Shown here piece after piece: positions 51,475-59,544 of a stretch of DNA of 64,000 bases. The stretch comes from a virus (lineage: Duplodnaviria > Caudoviricetes), in the IMG/VR virus record IMGVR_UViG_3300020036_004254, one strand, 5' to 3'. A model generated the notes under the pieces. That model saw nothing but the letters and a program-made list of their open reading frames with translations, was not told the origin of the DNA and did not search any database. Position numbers and translations under genes: made by a program. Within the stretch, counting starts at the first letter, position 1. Each line of letters starts with the position of its first letter.

Positions 51475-51482
51475 CATAAATA
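51475..51482 (+). promoter_or_regulatory. Late promoter variant CATAAATA
   Basis: Upstream of gp23. Confidence 0.65.
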
Positions 51483-51523
51483 CTAACGTGATTCAAAAGT
51501 AAATTCATCAAAAGGAGAAATAC

Positions 51524-52831
51524 ATGTATCTAATCGAAGAGAGTAAGCTAGACACTCGTTGGGCACCAGTTCTTGAGAACGCGAAGTTCGCCCCGATTAC
51601 TAGCCAGTACCGTAAGGACGTAACGACCATCGTTCTTGAAAACCAGTTCCGCGAAGCTCGCGCACAGGAACAGATGTTGAACGAAGATGCACCAGCGAAC
51701 AACATTTCGGCTTCTGCCGGAATTGATAAGTATGACCCCATTCTTATCTCGCTTGTCCGTCGTTCACTTCCGAACTTGATGGCGTATGACATTTGCGGCG
51801 TTCAGCCGATGACTGGCCCAACAGGTTTGATTTTCGCGTTGAAGAGCAAGTACGGCACCGACCGTAGCAATACTGGTTTGGAAGCGTTGTTCAACGAAGC
51901 CGATACTGATTTCTCAGGTACAGGCACACACGCTGGTTCTAACCCTGTGGACGGTAACCCGTACACCACTGGTACTGGATTGGCAACTGCTGATGCCGAA
52001 GCTTTGGGCACAGGTGGTTCAGGTGGCTCATTCGCTGAAATGACTTTCAGCATTGAGAAGACTTCAGTCACCGCGTTGTCACGCGCTTTGAAGGGTGAGT
52101 ACACCATCGAATTGGCACAGGACTTGAAGGCGGTCCACGGTGCTGATGCCGAAGGCGAGTTGTCAAACATTCTTTCGCAGGAAATGCTTGCGGAAGTGAA
52201 CCGTGAAGTCGTCCGTACCATCTACAAGGTTGCAAAGGTTGGTGCCGCTTCTACCGCAGTACCGGGAACGTTCAACCTTGACGTTGACTCAAACGGTCGT
52301 TGGAGCGTGGAGCGTTTCAAGGGCTTGATGTTCCAGATTGAGCGTGACGCAAACGTTATCGGCCAGCAGACTCGTCGTGGCAAGGGTAACTTCATCATCG
52401 TGTCGGCTGACGTTGGCTCGGCATTGGCGATGGCAGGCAAGTTGGATTACGCAACTGGCTTGACCAACAACCTTGAGATTGATGACACAGGTAATACCTT
52501 TGCAGGTGTGTTGAACGGTCGCTTCAAGGTCTTCATTGACCCGTACAGCGCGAACATTTCAGCCGCCGCACAGTTCTACGTAGTTGGTTACAAGGGCAAG
52601 ACCCCGTATGACGCTGGTATCTTCTACTGCCCATACGTACCGCTTCAGATGGTTCGTGCGACTGACCCGAACAGCTTCCAGCCGAAGATTGGCTTCAAGA
52701 CCCGTTACGGCATGGTCAGCAACCCATTCGTCACCACGAACGGTTTGCAGACAGGAACTCCTGACGCAATGACCTTCACCGCTGGTGCCAACCAGTACTT
52801 CCGTAAGGTCAAGGTTTCGAACCTGATGTAA
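51524..52831 (+). CDS. gp23: Major capsid protein gp23
   Basis: 'DP.LISLVRR..PNL.AYD.CGVQPMTGPTGLIFA', 'ELAQDLKA.HG', 'GRWSVE.FKGL' and 'FYCPYVPLQMVRA....FQPKIGFKTRYG'. Confidence 0.99.
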   Translation: MYLIEESKLDTRWAPVLENAKFAPITSQYRKDVTTIVLENQFREARAQEQMLNEDAPANNISASAGIDKYDPILISLVRRSLPNLMAYDICGVQPMTGPTGLIFALKSKYGTDRSNTGLEALFNEADTDFSGTGTHAGSNPVDGNPYTTGTGLATADAEALGTGGSGGSFAEMTFSIEKTSVTALSRALKGEYTIELAQDLKAVHGADAEGELSNILSQEMLAEVNREVVRTIYKVAKVGAASTAVPGTFNLDVDSNGRWSVERFKGLMFQIERDANVIGQQTRRGKGNFIIVSADVGSALAMAGKLDYATGLTNNLEIDDTGNTFAGVLNGRFKVFIDPYSANISAAAQFYVVGYKGKTPYDAGIFYCPYVPLQMVRATDPNSFQPKIGFKTRYGMVSNPFVTTNGLQTGTPDAMTFTAGANQYFRKVKVSNLM

Positions 52832-52845
52832 TCTTCGGATTGCAT
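52826..52845 (+). other. C(UUCG)G tetraloop RNA hairpin overlapping the gp23 stop codon
   Basis: atgtaatc-ttcg-gattgcat forms an 8-bp stem with one G-U pair. Confidence 0.75.
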
Positions 52846-52851
52846 GACAGA

Positions 52852-52890
52852 AAAGAGGGTCACCCCTTGAAAGGTGACCCTCTTTCTTTT
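52852..52890. terminator. Rho-independent, probably bidirectional, terminator after gp23
   Basis: aaagagggtcacc-ccttgaaa-ggtgaccctcttt followed by a T-run; sits between convergent genes. Confidence 0.9.
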
Positions 52891-52891
52891 G

Positions 52892-53086
52892 TTACCTGTT
52901 TTTCGAGAGTTTTTGTGCGATATTTCGCGCCTCGGTCATCATGAACATTTCTACGGTTTCTGTGAAATGTTGTTTGGTAACAACTCCTATCGTCTTTCCT
53001 TTTTCATCTATCACATGAAAACACGCAAGATTTGTCGGAGAAGTTAGGTAAAACTCTGGGCTGAGTGTTACTGTTGGTATCATCAT
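52892..53086 (-). CDS. Small hypothetical early protein
   Basis: Last of four tandem minus-strand ORFs; overlaps the upstream one and ends at the terminator. Confidence 0.55.
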   Translation of the reverse strand: MMIPTVTLSPEFYLTSPTNLACFHVIDEKGKTIGVVTKQHFTETVEMFMMTEARNIAQKLSKNR

Positions 53087-53286
53087 GTCTCCTGTTTTAG
53101 TTTATCTAGTCTTTTTTGGGATGGAACACGGGTTGAAATTGGAATGTCGATGTAATAGAGACTCTCGTAATATCTGGCAAACTTTTGAAAGTCACGAAGA
53201 GCAACATCCTCCTCAATTATCCCTTCCCCTTTTAAGAATCTGCTTAGAGCGTTCTCTTCAGAAGACGCAATGATGTAGAGTTTCAT
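53083..53286 (-). CDS. Small hypothetical early protein
   Basis: ATGA-type overlaps with both neighbours. Confidence 0.6.
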   Translation of the reverse strand: MKLYIIASSEENALSRFLKGEGIIEEDVALRDFQKFARYYESLYYIDIPISTRVPSQKRLDKLKQET

Positions 53287-53486
53287 AGAAATCTCAACTT
53301 AGTATCCATCAGTTGTTCGATGACATCCCGGGAAATGTACATTACTGTTCGAATTCCTTCGTCATCTTCTAAAAGGAGTTTGTAGGAACTTGGAACAATT
53401 TGTCCTGAAGGCCAATCTTCGGCTTTCACCTTTACTTTGGTTTGTGTGTTGTTTAGCTTCACGTGGACTGGCATAATCTTGGTCAT
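53283..53486 (-). CDS. Small hypothetical early protein
   Basis: Strong RBS AAGGAG upstream of the ATG on the minus strand. Confidence 0.7.
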   Translation of the reverse strand: MTKIMPVHVKLNNTQTKVKVKAEDWPSGQIVPSSYKLLLEDDEGIRTVMYISRDVIEQLMDTKLRFL

Positions 53487-53517
53487 ATTATCTCCTTGCT
53501 ATTTCAGCCTAGTATCG

Positions 53518-53718
53518 TCAGGCCGATGAGACGCTAGAGTCTTTCTCTAGAAGTATTTCTTTTTCCAGTTTTCCCAAATGAACCCCCAATAGGAAAACAT
53601 TCCATGCAACTATTGGATGTCTCAAACAGAACCACCACACTCTTGGGGTGGTCAAAGTGAACCACGCAAAATGTAATGCGAGTCTCATCTTTTGACTATC
53701 CAATTCGTACCACTCCAT
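53518..53718 (-). CDS. Small hydrophobic, Trp-rich hypothetical early protein
   Basis: RBS GGGAGG; first gene downstream of the minus-strand sigma70 promoter. Confidence 0.65.
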   Translation of the reverse strand: MEWYELDSQKMRLALHFAWFTLTTPRVWWFCLRHPIVAWNVFLLGVHLGKLEKEILLEKDSSVSSA

Positions 53719-53739
53719 TCTTCCTCCCGAGAGACAGTG

Positions 53740-53747
53740 TATAAATA
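53740..53747 (+). promoter_or_regulatory. T4-type late promoter TATAAATA for gp3
   Basis: Perfect consensus ~105 nt upstream of gp3. Confidence 0.75.
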
Positions 53748-53791
53748 CCCTTAGAGTAGGGTGTTCTATGGCTTACAACGGCTACACCCTG

Positions 53792-53820
53792 ATTCTATCA
53801 CCTGTCAACCCCGATGTCAA
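53792..53820 (-). promoter_or_regulatory. Sigma70-type early promoter TTGACA-17-TAGAAT
   Basis: Minus strand -35 at 53820-53815 and -10 at 53797-53792; points into the small ORF cassette. Confidence 0.8.
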
Positions 53821-53851
53821 GGGGTGTTTGTAACAACTTCCAAGGATACAG

Positions 53852-54442
53852 ATGACTGTCACGACCACGAGAAGTAAAATCGACATCTCAAATCTTCAAT
53901 GGGACCAACGTAACCCAAGTGATATCAACTACTTACGCCCCAATGGTTTCAGGTTTCTCATCCAAACCCTACCAAAAGTGACGTATTTCGTCCAAACGGC
54001 CAACATCCCGGAAATCACCCTAGGGGTGGCAGAACAGACCACCCCATACTATGACATGCCTCATCCGGGTGAGAAGTTGGTCTACGGCAATCTCGTCTTG
54101 AAGTTCATGATTCAAGAGTCTTTGGGAGACTACTACGAACTCTACAACTGGATGATAGGATTGGGCTTCCCGACAACACGACAGGAATTTATTGACTTGG
54201 TTGGGTCACAAGCCTATCGATTCCCTCTGGTCGCACAAAGTTCAGAAGGCCCTCAACTCAGCGATGCTACCTTGTTGGTCATGGGGTCAAACAACACCCC
54301 CGTGGCGGTGTTCAGCTACTTTGACTGCTTCCCGGTTTCTCTTAGCGCAGTAGAGTTTGATTCGACTGTGGAAAACCCGGAGTATTTTCAAGCAACGGTT
54401 GAGTTTAAGTTTAGACATTTCACTTTTAGTGAAGTGGCCTAA
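53852..54442 (+). CDS. gp3: Tail tube terminator/completion protein gp3
   Basis: 'N.L.P.GF.F.I...PKV..F.Q.ANIP.I.LG', 'PG.KL.Y..L...F...E....Y.E..NW..GLG.P' and 'SDATL...FP.SL'. Confidence 0.88.
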   Translation: MTVTTTRSKIDISNLQWDQRNPSDINYLRPNGFRFLIQTLPKVTYFVQTANIPEITLGVAEQTTPYYDMPHPGEKLVYGNLVLKFMIQESLGDYYELYNWMIGLGFPTTRQEFIDLVGSQAYRFPLVAQSSEGPQLSDATLLVMGSNNTPVAVFSYFDCFPVSLSAVEFDSTVENPEYFQATVEFKFRHFTFSEVA

Positions 54443-54446
54443 CCCC

Positions 54447-54475
54447 TTGACAAACACGGTGTTGCCGTGTAATAT
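54447..54475 (+). promoter_or_regulatory. Sigma70-type promoter TTGACA-17-TAATAT
   Basis: Near-consensus; heads the uvsY/uvsW/gp55 replication-recombination operon. Confidence 0.8.
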
Positions 54476-54501
54476 TCGACATGTGATTCAGCGAGGATAT
54501 T

Positions 54502-54615
54502 ATGTTTCTTACCGAGTTTATAGACGCAGACAAAAATGAAACACCACCCCCAGTTTTTCACTGGGCGTTGTTGGTGTTGTCTATTGTGTTGCTTTTCTGG
54601 GCGGTCTACCCATAA
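54502..54615 (+). CDS. Unannotated 37-aa single-pass membrane protein
   Basis: Read by hand as MFLTEFIDADKNETPPPVFHWALLVLSIVLLFWAVYP. GAGGA RBS; its stop overlaps the uvsY start (TAATG). Confidence 0.65.
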   Translation: MFLTEFIDADKNETPPPVFHWALLVLSIVLLFWAVYP

Positions 54616-55052
54616 TGAAGCTTACTGAGCTTGAAGCAATGTGGAAGGAAGATTGTGTCGTGAATGAACTCAATCTTGGTCAGGAGGCGGCGAGGATTCC
54701 CCGCCTTCACGCCAAGTATTTGGGGCATTTGATGCAATACAAACTTCAGCTAAGAAAGGCTGAGTCTGAGCTTTCTCACATGAAGCGAAACAAGCGGGTG
54801 TGGTATTCTGGTAAGATGTCACAAGAAGACTTGGAAAAACTCCAATGGCCCCAATATCTCTTTAGTGCCGTGCTTAAAAGCGATATGGAGCGCGTCATAT
54901 CCGAGGACGAGCTTGTCATCAAACAAATAGATAAGATTGAGTATCTTCGGAACACGGTGTATGCGATTGAGTCGATTATGAAATCGATTTCAAGTCGTGG
55001 GTGGGATGTGAAGACCGCGCTCGAATTTGAAAAGTTCCGGGCGGGACTATGA
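54615..55052 (+). CDS. uvsY: Recombination mediator UvsY
   Basis: 'W..D..........E...IP.LHAKY...Y.GK...I..R.W..K...E..KF..G'; immediately precedes uvsW. Confidence 0.9.
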   Translation: MKLTELEAMWKEDCVVNELNLGQEAARIPRLHAKYLGHLMQYKLQLRKAESELSHMKRNKRVWYSGKMSQEDLEKLQWPQYLFSAVLKSDMERVISEDELVIKQIDKIEYLRNTVYAIESIMKSISSRGWDVKTALEFEKFRAGL

Positions 55053-56545
55053 GGCCCGTAGTACAGGTCATTAAGAAAAATGATGTATACATGAAGGTTC
55101 AGGCAGAACCTTATGTGTTGCAAGAACTGAGCGATGCGTTTTCGTTCTTTGTTCCGGGCTATCAACACATGCCGAAATACAAGTGTGGTATGTGGTCTGG
55201 TAAAATTCAACTGCTTAACATGTGGACGGGTGAACTCTACTTGGGGTTGTTGCCCAAGCTTCATGCCTTGTGTGAACGGAACGAGTACACTCTGGACAAT
55301 CAAATCCAGATTACCGCAGATGAATTGACCTACGATGATTTCTACGCATTTGTTGAGTCGTTGAATCTCACGGCCCGTGGTGAATCGATTGAGGCCCGGG
55401 ACTATCAGTTGGAGGCCGCACATCAGGCAATTGTGCGTGGGCGAACCCTGTTGTTATCACCAACCGCCAGTGGAAAATCGCTCATCATCTACATGATTAT
55501 GCGTTGGCATTTGGCCAAAGGTAGAAAGCAGTTGATTGTGGTACCAACCACCTCATTGGTTGAACAGATGACCTCAGATTTTGCTGATTACGGGTTTGAT
55601 GTGAAGCATATTCACAAAATCTACAGTGGTCAGGAAAAAGTCTATGATGCCCCGGTGATTATTAGCACGTGGCAGAGTATCTATGAAATGCCGGATTCGT
55701 TCTTTTCAAACTTTGATGTGATGTTTGGAGACGAGGCCCACCAGTTTAAAGCAAAGTCGTTGGTATCTCTCTTAGAGAAGAGTGTAGACACTCCATATAA
55801 AATCGGGACGACTGGAACCTTGGACGGAAGCAAAACCAACAAGATGGTTCTTGAGGGGTTGTTTGGGTCGGTGTTAAGTGTTACGACAACGAAAAAACTG
55901 ATGGATGCCAATCAAATTGCCAAGCTGAACATCAAGGTCTTGGTCTTGAAGTATCCAGAGGCAGTACGAAAATCCTTCCGCGATGTTGACCCAGATACCA
56001 AACGGGTTAGTAAGAAGAAATATAAAGATGAAGTTGATTTTTTGATTTCTCACCCCCAACGCAATCGGTTCATCCGTAATCTTGCTCTTGACCAAAGCAC
56101 TAACACTCTACTACTGTTCACGTATGTGGAGAAACACGGGAAGTTGTTGTACGATATGATTCAAGAGAAGGCTGGGTCGCGCAAGGTATTTTTTGTCCAC
56201 GGAAAGGTAGACACGGAAACCAGAGAACAGATTCGTGCTATCACAGAAAAAGAGACAGATGCTATTATTGTTGCGAGTTCTGGTGTGTTTTCGACGGGTG
56301 TGAATATTCGTAACATCCATAACATCATTGCCGCATCCCCAACAAAATCCCGCATTCGAAATCTTCAATCTATTGGCCGTGGGTTGCGTTTGGGAGACGA
56401 AAAAAATTCGTGTACGCTGTATGACATTGGCGACGACTTGTCATGGAAGAGCAGACAAAATCACACCTTACTTCACTTAGCAGAAAGGATAACCATATAT
56501 AATGAAGAGTCATTTTCCTACCGAGTCATCCCCGTCCCCCTTTAG
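55049..56545 (+). CDS. uvsW: SF2 helicase UvsW
   Basis: 'F.F.VPG...MP.Y....W.GKI.L', 'SPTASGKSL', 'DEAH', 'TGTL' and 'LQSIGRGLR'. Confidence 0.97.
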   Translation: MRPVVQVIKKNDVYMKVQAEPYVLQELSDAFSFFVPGYQHMPKYKCGMWSGKIQLLNMWTGELYLGLLPKLHALCERNEYTLDNQIQITADELTYDDFYAFVESLNLTARGESIEARDYQLEAAHQAIVRGRTLLLSPTASGKSLIIYMIMRWHLAKGRKQLIVVPTTSLVEQMTSDFADYGFDVKHIHKIYSGQEKVYDAPVIISTWQSIYEMPDSFFSNFDVMFGDEAHQFKAKSLVSLLEKSVDTPYKIGTTGTLDGSKTNKMVLEGLFGSVLSVTTTKKLMDANQIAKLNIKVLVLKYPEAVRKSFRDVDPDTKRVSKKKYKDEVDFLISHPQRNRFIRNLALDQSTNTLLLFTYVEKHGKLLYDMIQEKAGSRKVFFVHGKVDTETREQIRAITEKETDAIIVASSGVFSTGVNIRNIHNIIAASPTKSRIRNLQSIGRGLRLGDEKNSCTLYDIGDDLSWKSRQNHTLLHLAERITIYNEESFSYRVIPVPL

Positions 56546-56972
56546 GGACGATGGAGAGGAGTTTTTTAAGGTCATTCGCTTAAAGACCGGAGAAAACATC
56601 CTCTGCACCATGAGCCGAAACGTTACCTCGGTTGCGTCTGAATCCTACCTTACGTTACACAAGCCTGTGTTGGCGGTGTTGCACAAACAGATGACTAAGG
56701 CAGAGAGTGTTGTGGGAGAGCTATTCCTTCTGCGTCCGTGGATTGGGTGTAGCAATTCCACCGATTTTGTTATGCCCACAGACATCATTTTGACGATGGG
56801 TGACCTTACAAAAACAATGAAGTTCGAATATCTTAAATATTTGGAAGAGTTGGAGGATGCACAAAAATTCATCGATAGGGAAGAGGATGAACGCGCCATG
56901 AACACGGCGATTTACAACCTGTTGACCGATGTCAACCCGGGTAAGCCGATTCATTTTCTTAATGATAACTAG
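56502..56972 (+). CDS. Hypothetical protein (Sm-like fold?) between uvsW and gp55
   Basis: 'KVIRLKTGE.I.....L..P...L.PW' pattern typical of this locus in T4-like phages. Confidence 0.6.
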   Translation: MKSHFPTESSPSPFRDDGEEFFKVIRLKTGENILCTMSRNVTSVASESYLTLHKPVLAVLHKQMTKAESVVGELFLLRPWIGCSNSTDFVMPTDIILTMGDLTKTMKFEYLKYLEELEDAQKFIDREEDERAMNTAIYNLLTDVNPGKPIHFLNDN

Positions 56973-56979
56973 GAGATAT

Positions 56980-57528
56980 ATGAAAAAGGAACGGATTCAT
57001 TATATAGACAATGAACGATTTTTGCAAGAGTTAAAGAAGCATGGGGTTGCAGTACGACGGGCGAAACGATTGAAACAAGAACTCCCGCTTCTCTCCGAAT
57101 ATATTGGAGAATGTTTTATCAAAATCGCCACCAATATGGCACACCGCCCAAACTTCAATAATTACACATTTCTTGATGAAATGATATCAGACGGCATAGA
57201 AAACTGTTTGATTTATGTCAACAACTTTAGTCCAAAGAAATCTACCAATGCCTTTGCTTATTTTAGCCAGATTGTGTGGTATGCTTTTATTCGGAGAATA
57301 CAGAAAGAAAAGCGTCAACTCAACACCAAGTATCGATACATCGAAACATTGGGCGTCGAAGACATCATTCGGCAAGCCCATGACGAGGGTGAATACGAGA
57401 CGCCTTACATCGATTATTTGAAGAATCAAATAACCCAAGCTAGTGTGGAATTGGGTGAACAGCGGGAAAAGGCCCCCGAAATGACAAAGCGGCCTAAATA
57501 CATGACCAAGGCTAAAAAAACCAAGTGA
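56980..57528 (+). CDS. gp55: Late transcription sigma factor gp55
   Basis: 'HY.DN..F', 'YIGECF.KIA......PNF.NY...EMI.DGIENC..Y..NF.P.KS.N.FAYF.QI...AF.RRI.KEK.Q'; RBS AGGAG before ATG 56980. Confidence 0.97.
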   Translation: MKKERIHYIDNERFLQELKKHGVAVRRAKRLKQELPLLSEYIGECFIKIATNMAHRPNFNNYTFLDEMISDGIENCLIYVNNFSPKKSTNAFAYFSQIVWYAFIRRIQKEKRQLNTKYRYIETLGVEDIIRQAHDEGEYETPYIDYLKNQITQASVELGEQREKAPEMTKRPKYMTKAKKTK

Positions 57529-57536
57529 GGTAGATT

Positions 57537-58064
57537 ATGAGCAGACTGTTAAATGTTATGATAGACTTAGAGACAATGAGTACGGCACCAAACGCCGCGA
57601 TTGTTTCTATTGGTGCGGTCAAGTTCTCGTTGAACGATGATGCCCCAAATCCCATTGTAGACAGCTTCTATTGCACCATCGACGCCAAGAGTTGTACGGC
57701 GGTTGGTCTACAGATTAGTAAGGCAACGGTAGAGTGGTGGTCCAAACAGCCACGGTCGGTAATGGATGCTCTCCGCAAAGACGCCAAGCCATTGAAGGAA
57801 GTCCTTGTCGAATTTTCCAAGTGGTATGGCTCAACCTCTCTCCCAACGTGGGGATGTGGGGCGAGTTTTGATAACGTCATTGTTGCGTCCGCATACGATG
57901 CGGTTGGGTTGATTCGCCCATGGAAGTACTGGCACGACCGTTGTTATCGCACAATGAAGGAAGTGGTCAAGCTTCCAGAGGACGACCGTCAGGGCACTTA
58001 TCACAATGCGCTGGATGATGCCATGCATCAGACCAACCACCTATTGAAAATTCTGAAGAGCTAA
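57537..58064 (+). CDS. DEDDh 3'-5' exonuclease (DUF5051/DexA-like)
   Basis: 'MIDLET......AAI.SIGAV.F', 'T..WW..Q', 'G..FD' and 'HNALDDA..Q'. Confidence 0.85.
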   Translation: MSRLLNVMIDLETMSTAPNAAIVSIGAVKFSLNDDAPNPIVDSFYCTIDAKSCTAVGLQISKATVEWWSKQPRSVMDALRKDAKPLKEVLVEFSKWYGSTSLPTWGCGASFDNVIVASAYDAVGLIRPWKYWHDRCYRTMKEVVKLPEDDRQGTYHNALDDAMHQTNHLLKILKS

Positions 58065-58066
58065 CC

Positions 58067-58492
58067 ATGAAACCAGCTTCTTTTTCCAAGACTTGTGGTG
58101 CGCCATTTCGGTGCATCTTCAGAGATTACAAGACAAATGGCCCCCTTTCGGGTCATGCGTTGTATGTAACGTTGAAGTTTGTCTGTGCATATCCGAGTGC
58201 GATGTCACACGACGATTTGGAACAATTTGTGTTGAACGATACGCAGTGGGCCAATCAATATTTGGAAGAACTGTTGACTGACACCGTTCTGATTTCTCGG
58301 TTTGACCCTCTTGGAAACGTCATTATCATCATGGAAACGGAGTCATTGATTGACGTTCGGTTGATGGATGACGTATCGCTTGAAGGGTTGTCCAAGATGA
58401 TTAAGGAGGACTTTTCTCTCATGCTAAACCAAAAAACAGAGGGTGTTGTGGAACTGGCTGGCGTCGAGGTTCTTGAGGCTACGTTTGCATGA
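58067..58492 (+). CDS. Divergent QueD/6-pyruvoyl-tetrahydropterin synthase-like (T-fold) protein, apparently lacking metal ligands
   Basis: Overall pattern 'SKT.G....C.FR...G.A...F...YLE....T.L....DP...L.D.R.MD.V..E...VEV.E' resembles QueD-like proteins, but HG is SG and DH is TD. Confidence 0.45.
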   Translation: MKPASFSKTCGAPFRCIFRDYKTNGPLSGHALYVTLKFVCAYPSAMSHDDLEQFVLNDTQWANQYLEELLTDTVLISRFDPLGNVIIIMETESLIDVRLMDDVSLEGLSKMIKEDFSLMLNQKTEGVVELAGVEVLEATFA

Positions 58493-59544
58493 AGATTGCC
58501 ATTGTAACCGACACACACTTTGGGTTGCGCGGGGATTCGGAGGCGTTTGATAACGCCGCCCGTCGATTTTTCACAGACCAATTCTTCCCATACTTAGAAG
58601 AACATGACATTCAAGAAGTGTTTCATTTGGGCGACTTGTTTGATAGGAGAAAGTTTGTAAACTATCAAACGTTGCATAACTGTTTTGAATATTTCAACGG
58701 CCCTGTATCAGATTACGGATTACGTATCATTCCCGGAAACCACGATGTGTATTACAAAAACACCAATCGGGTCAATGCCATTCATTTGTTGTTGGGGAGT
58801 GACTATGACTATGATTCAAAGTACGTGATTTTCACACCAAAAGAGCTTGTAATGGGTGGAAGAAAGATTGCGATGATTCCATGGGTCACGGAAGACAATA
58901 GGGAAGAAACACTCAAGTTTCTTGAGAAAACTGACGCAACCGTGTGTATGGGCCATTTTGATATTGTTGGGTTTAAAATGACCAACGGTCAAGTGTGCGA
59001 ACATGGGTTTGATGCATCGATGTTCAGTAAGTTTGATTTGGTCTTGAGCGGACACTTTCATCATAAGAGTCACAAGGGAAACATTCATTACTTGGGCTGT
59101 CCTTACGAGCAAACGTGGGATGATTTTGGGAGTGATAAAGGATTCCACGTTCTGGACACGGATACGTTGGAGTTAGAGTTTATCAAAAATCCCAATGTCA
59201 TGCACAAGAAAATTCACTATGATGACTCTCAAGACCAGAAGATTGACGCAAAACAGTACAAGGGGTGTATGGTCAAGATAGTTGTGGTGAATAAAACGGA
59301 CTACAAAAAGTTCGATGCATTGGTTGAAAAGCTGTATGTCGCGGGTGTGCTGGATTTGAAAATCATTGAAGATTTGATTGACCTAGAGGGGTTGACTTCT
59401 GATGACACCGAGGTTAACTTGGAAGATACTGCCAGCATTCTATCCGACTACATTGATGACGCTGATATTTCTTTGGAGAAATCACGACTCAAGGTTTTAA
59501 TGAGAACGTTATATATTGAAGCACAAAATGTGGAGAACATATAA
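58489..59544 (+). CDS. gp47: Recombination nuclease gp47 (Mre11/SbcD-like)
   Basis: 'TDTHFG.R.D', 'HLGD.FDRRK', 'GNHD.YYKNTN', 'SGHFH' and 'YLG.PY...W.D'. Confidence 0.97.
   Translation: MKIAIVTDTHFGLRGDSEAFDNAARRFFTDQFFPYLEEHDIQEVFHLGDLFDRRKFVNYQTLHNCFEYFNGPVSDYGLRIIPGNHDVYYKNTNRVNAIHLLLGSDYDYDSKYVIFTPKELVMGGRKIAMIPWVTEDNREETLKFLEKTDATVCMGHFDIVGFKMTNGQVCEHGFDASMFSKFDLVLSGHFHHKSHKGNIHYLGCPYEQTWDDFGSDKGFHVLDTDTLELEFIKNPNVMHKKIHYDDSQDQKIDAKQYKGCMVKIVVVNKTDYKKFDALVEKLYVAGVLDLKIIEDLIDLEGLTSDDTEVNLEDTASILSDYIDDADISLEKSRLKVLMRTLYIEAQNVENI

Noticed and set aside
53803-53808. Second minus-strand TTGACA
   Set aside because: No acceptable -10 hexamer at 16-18 nt spacing.
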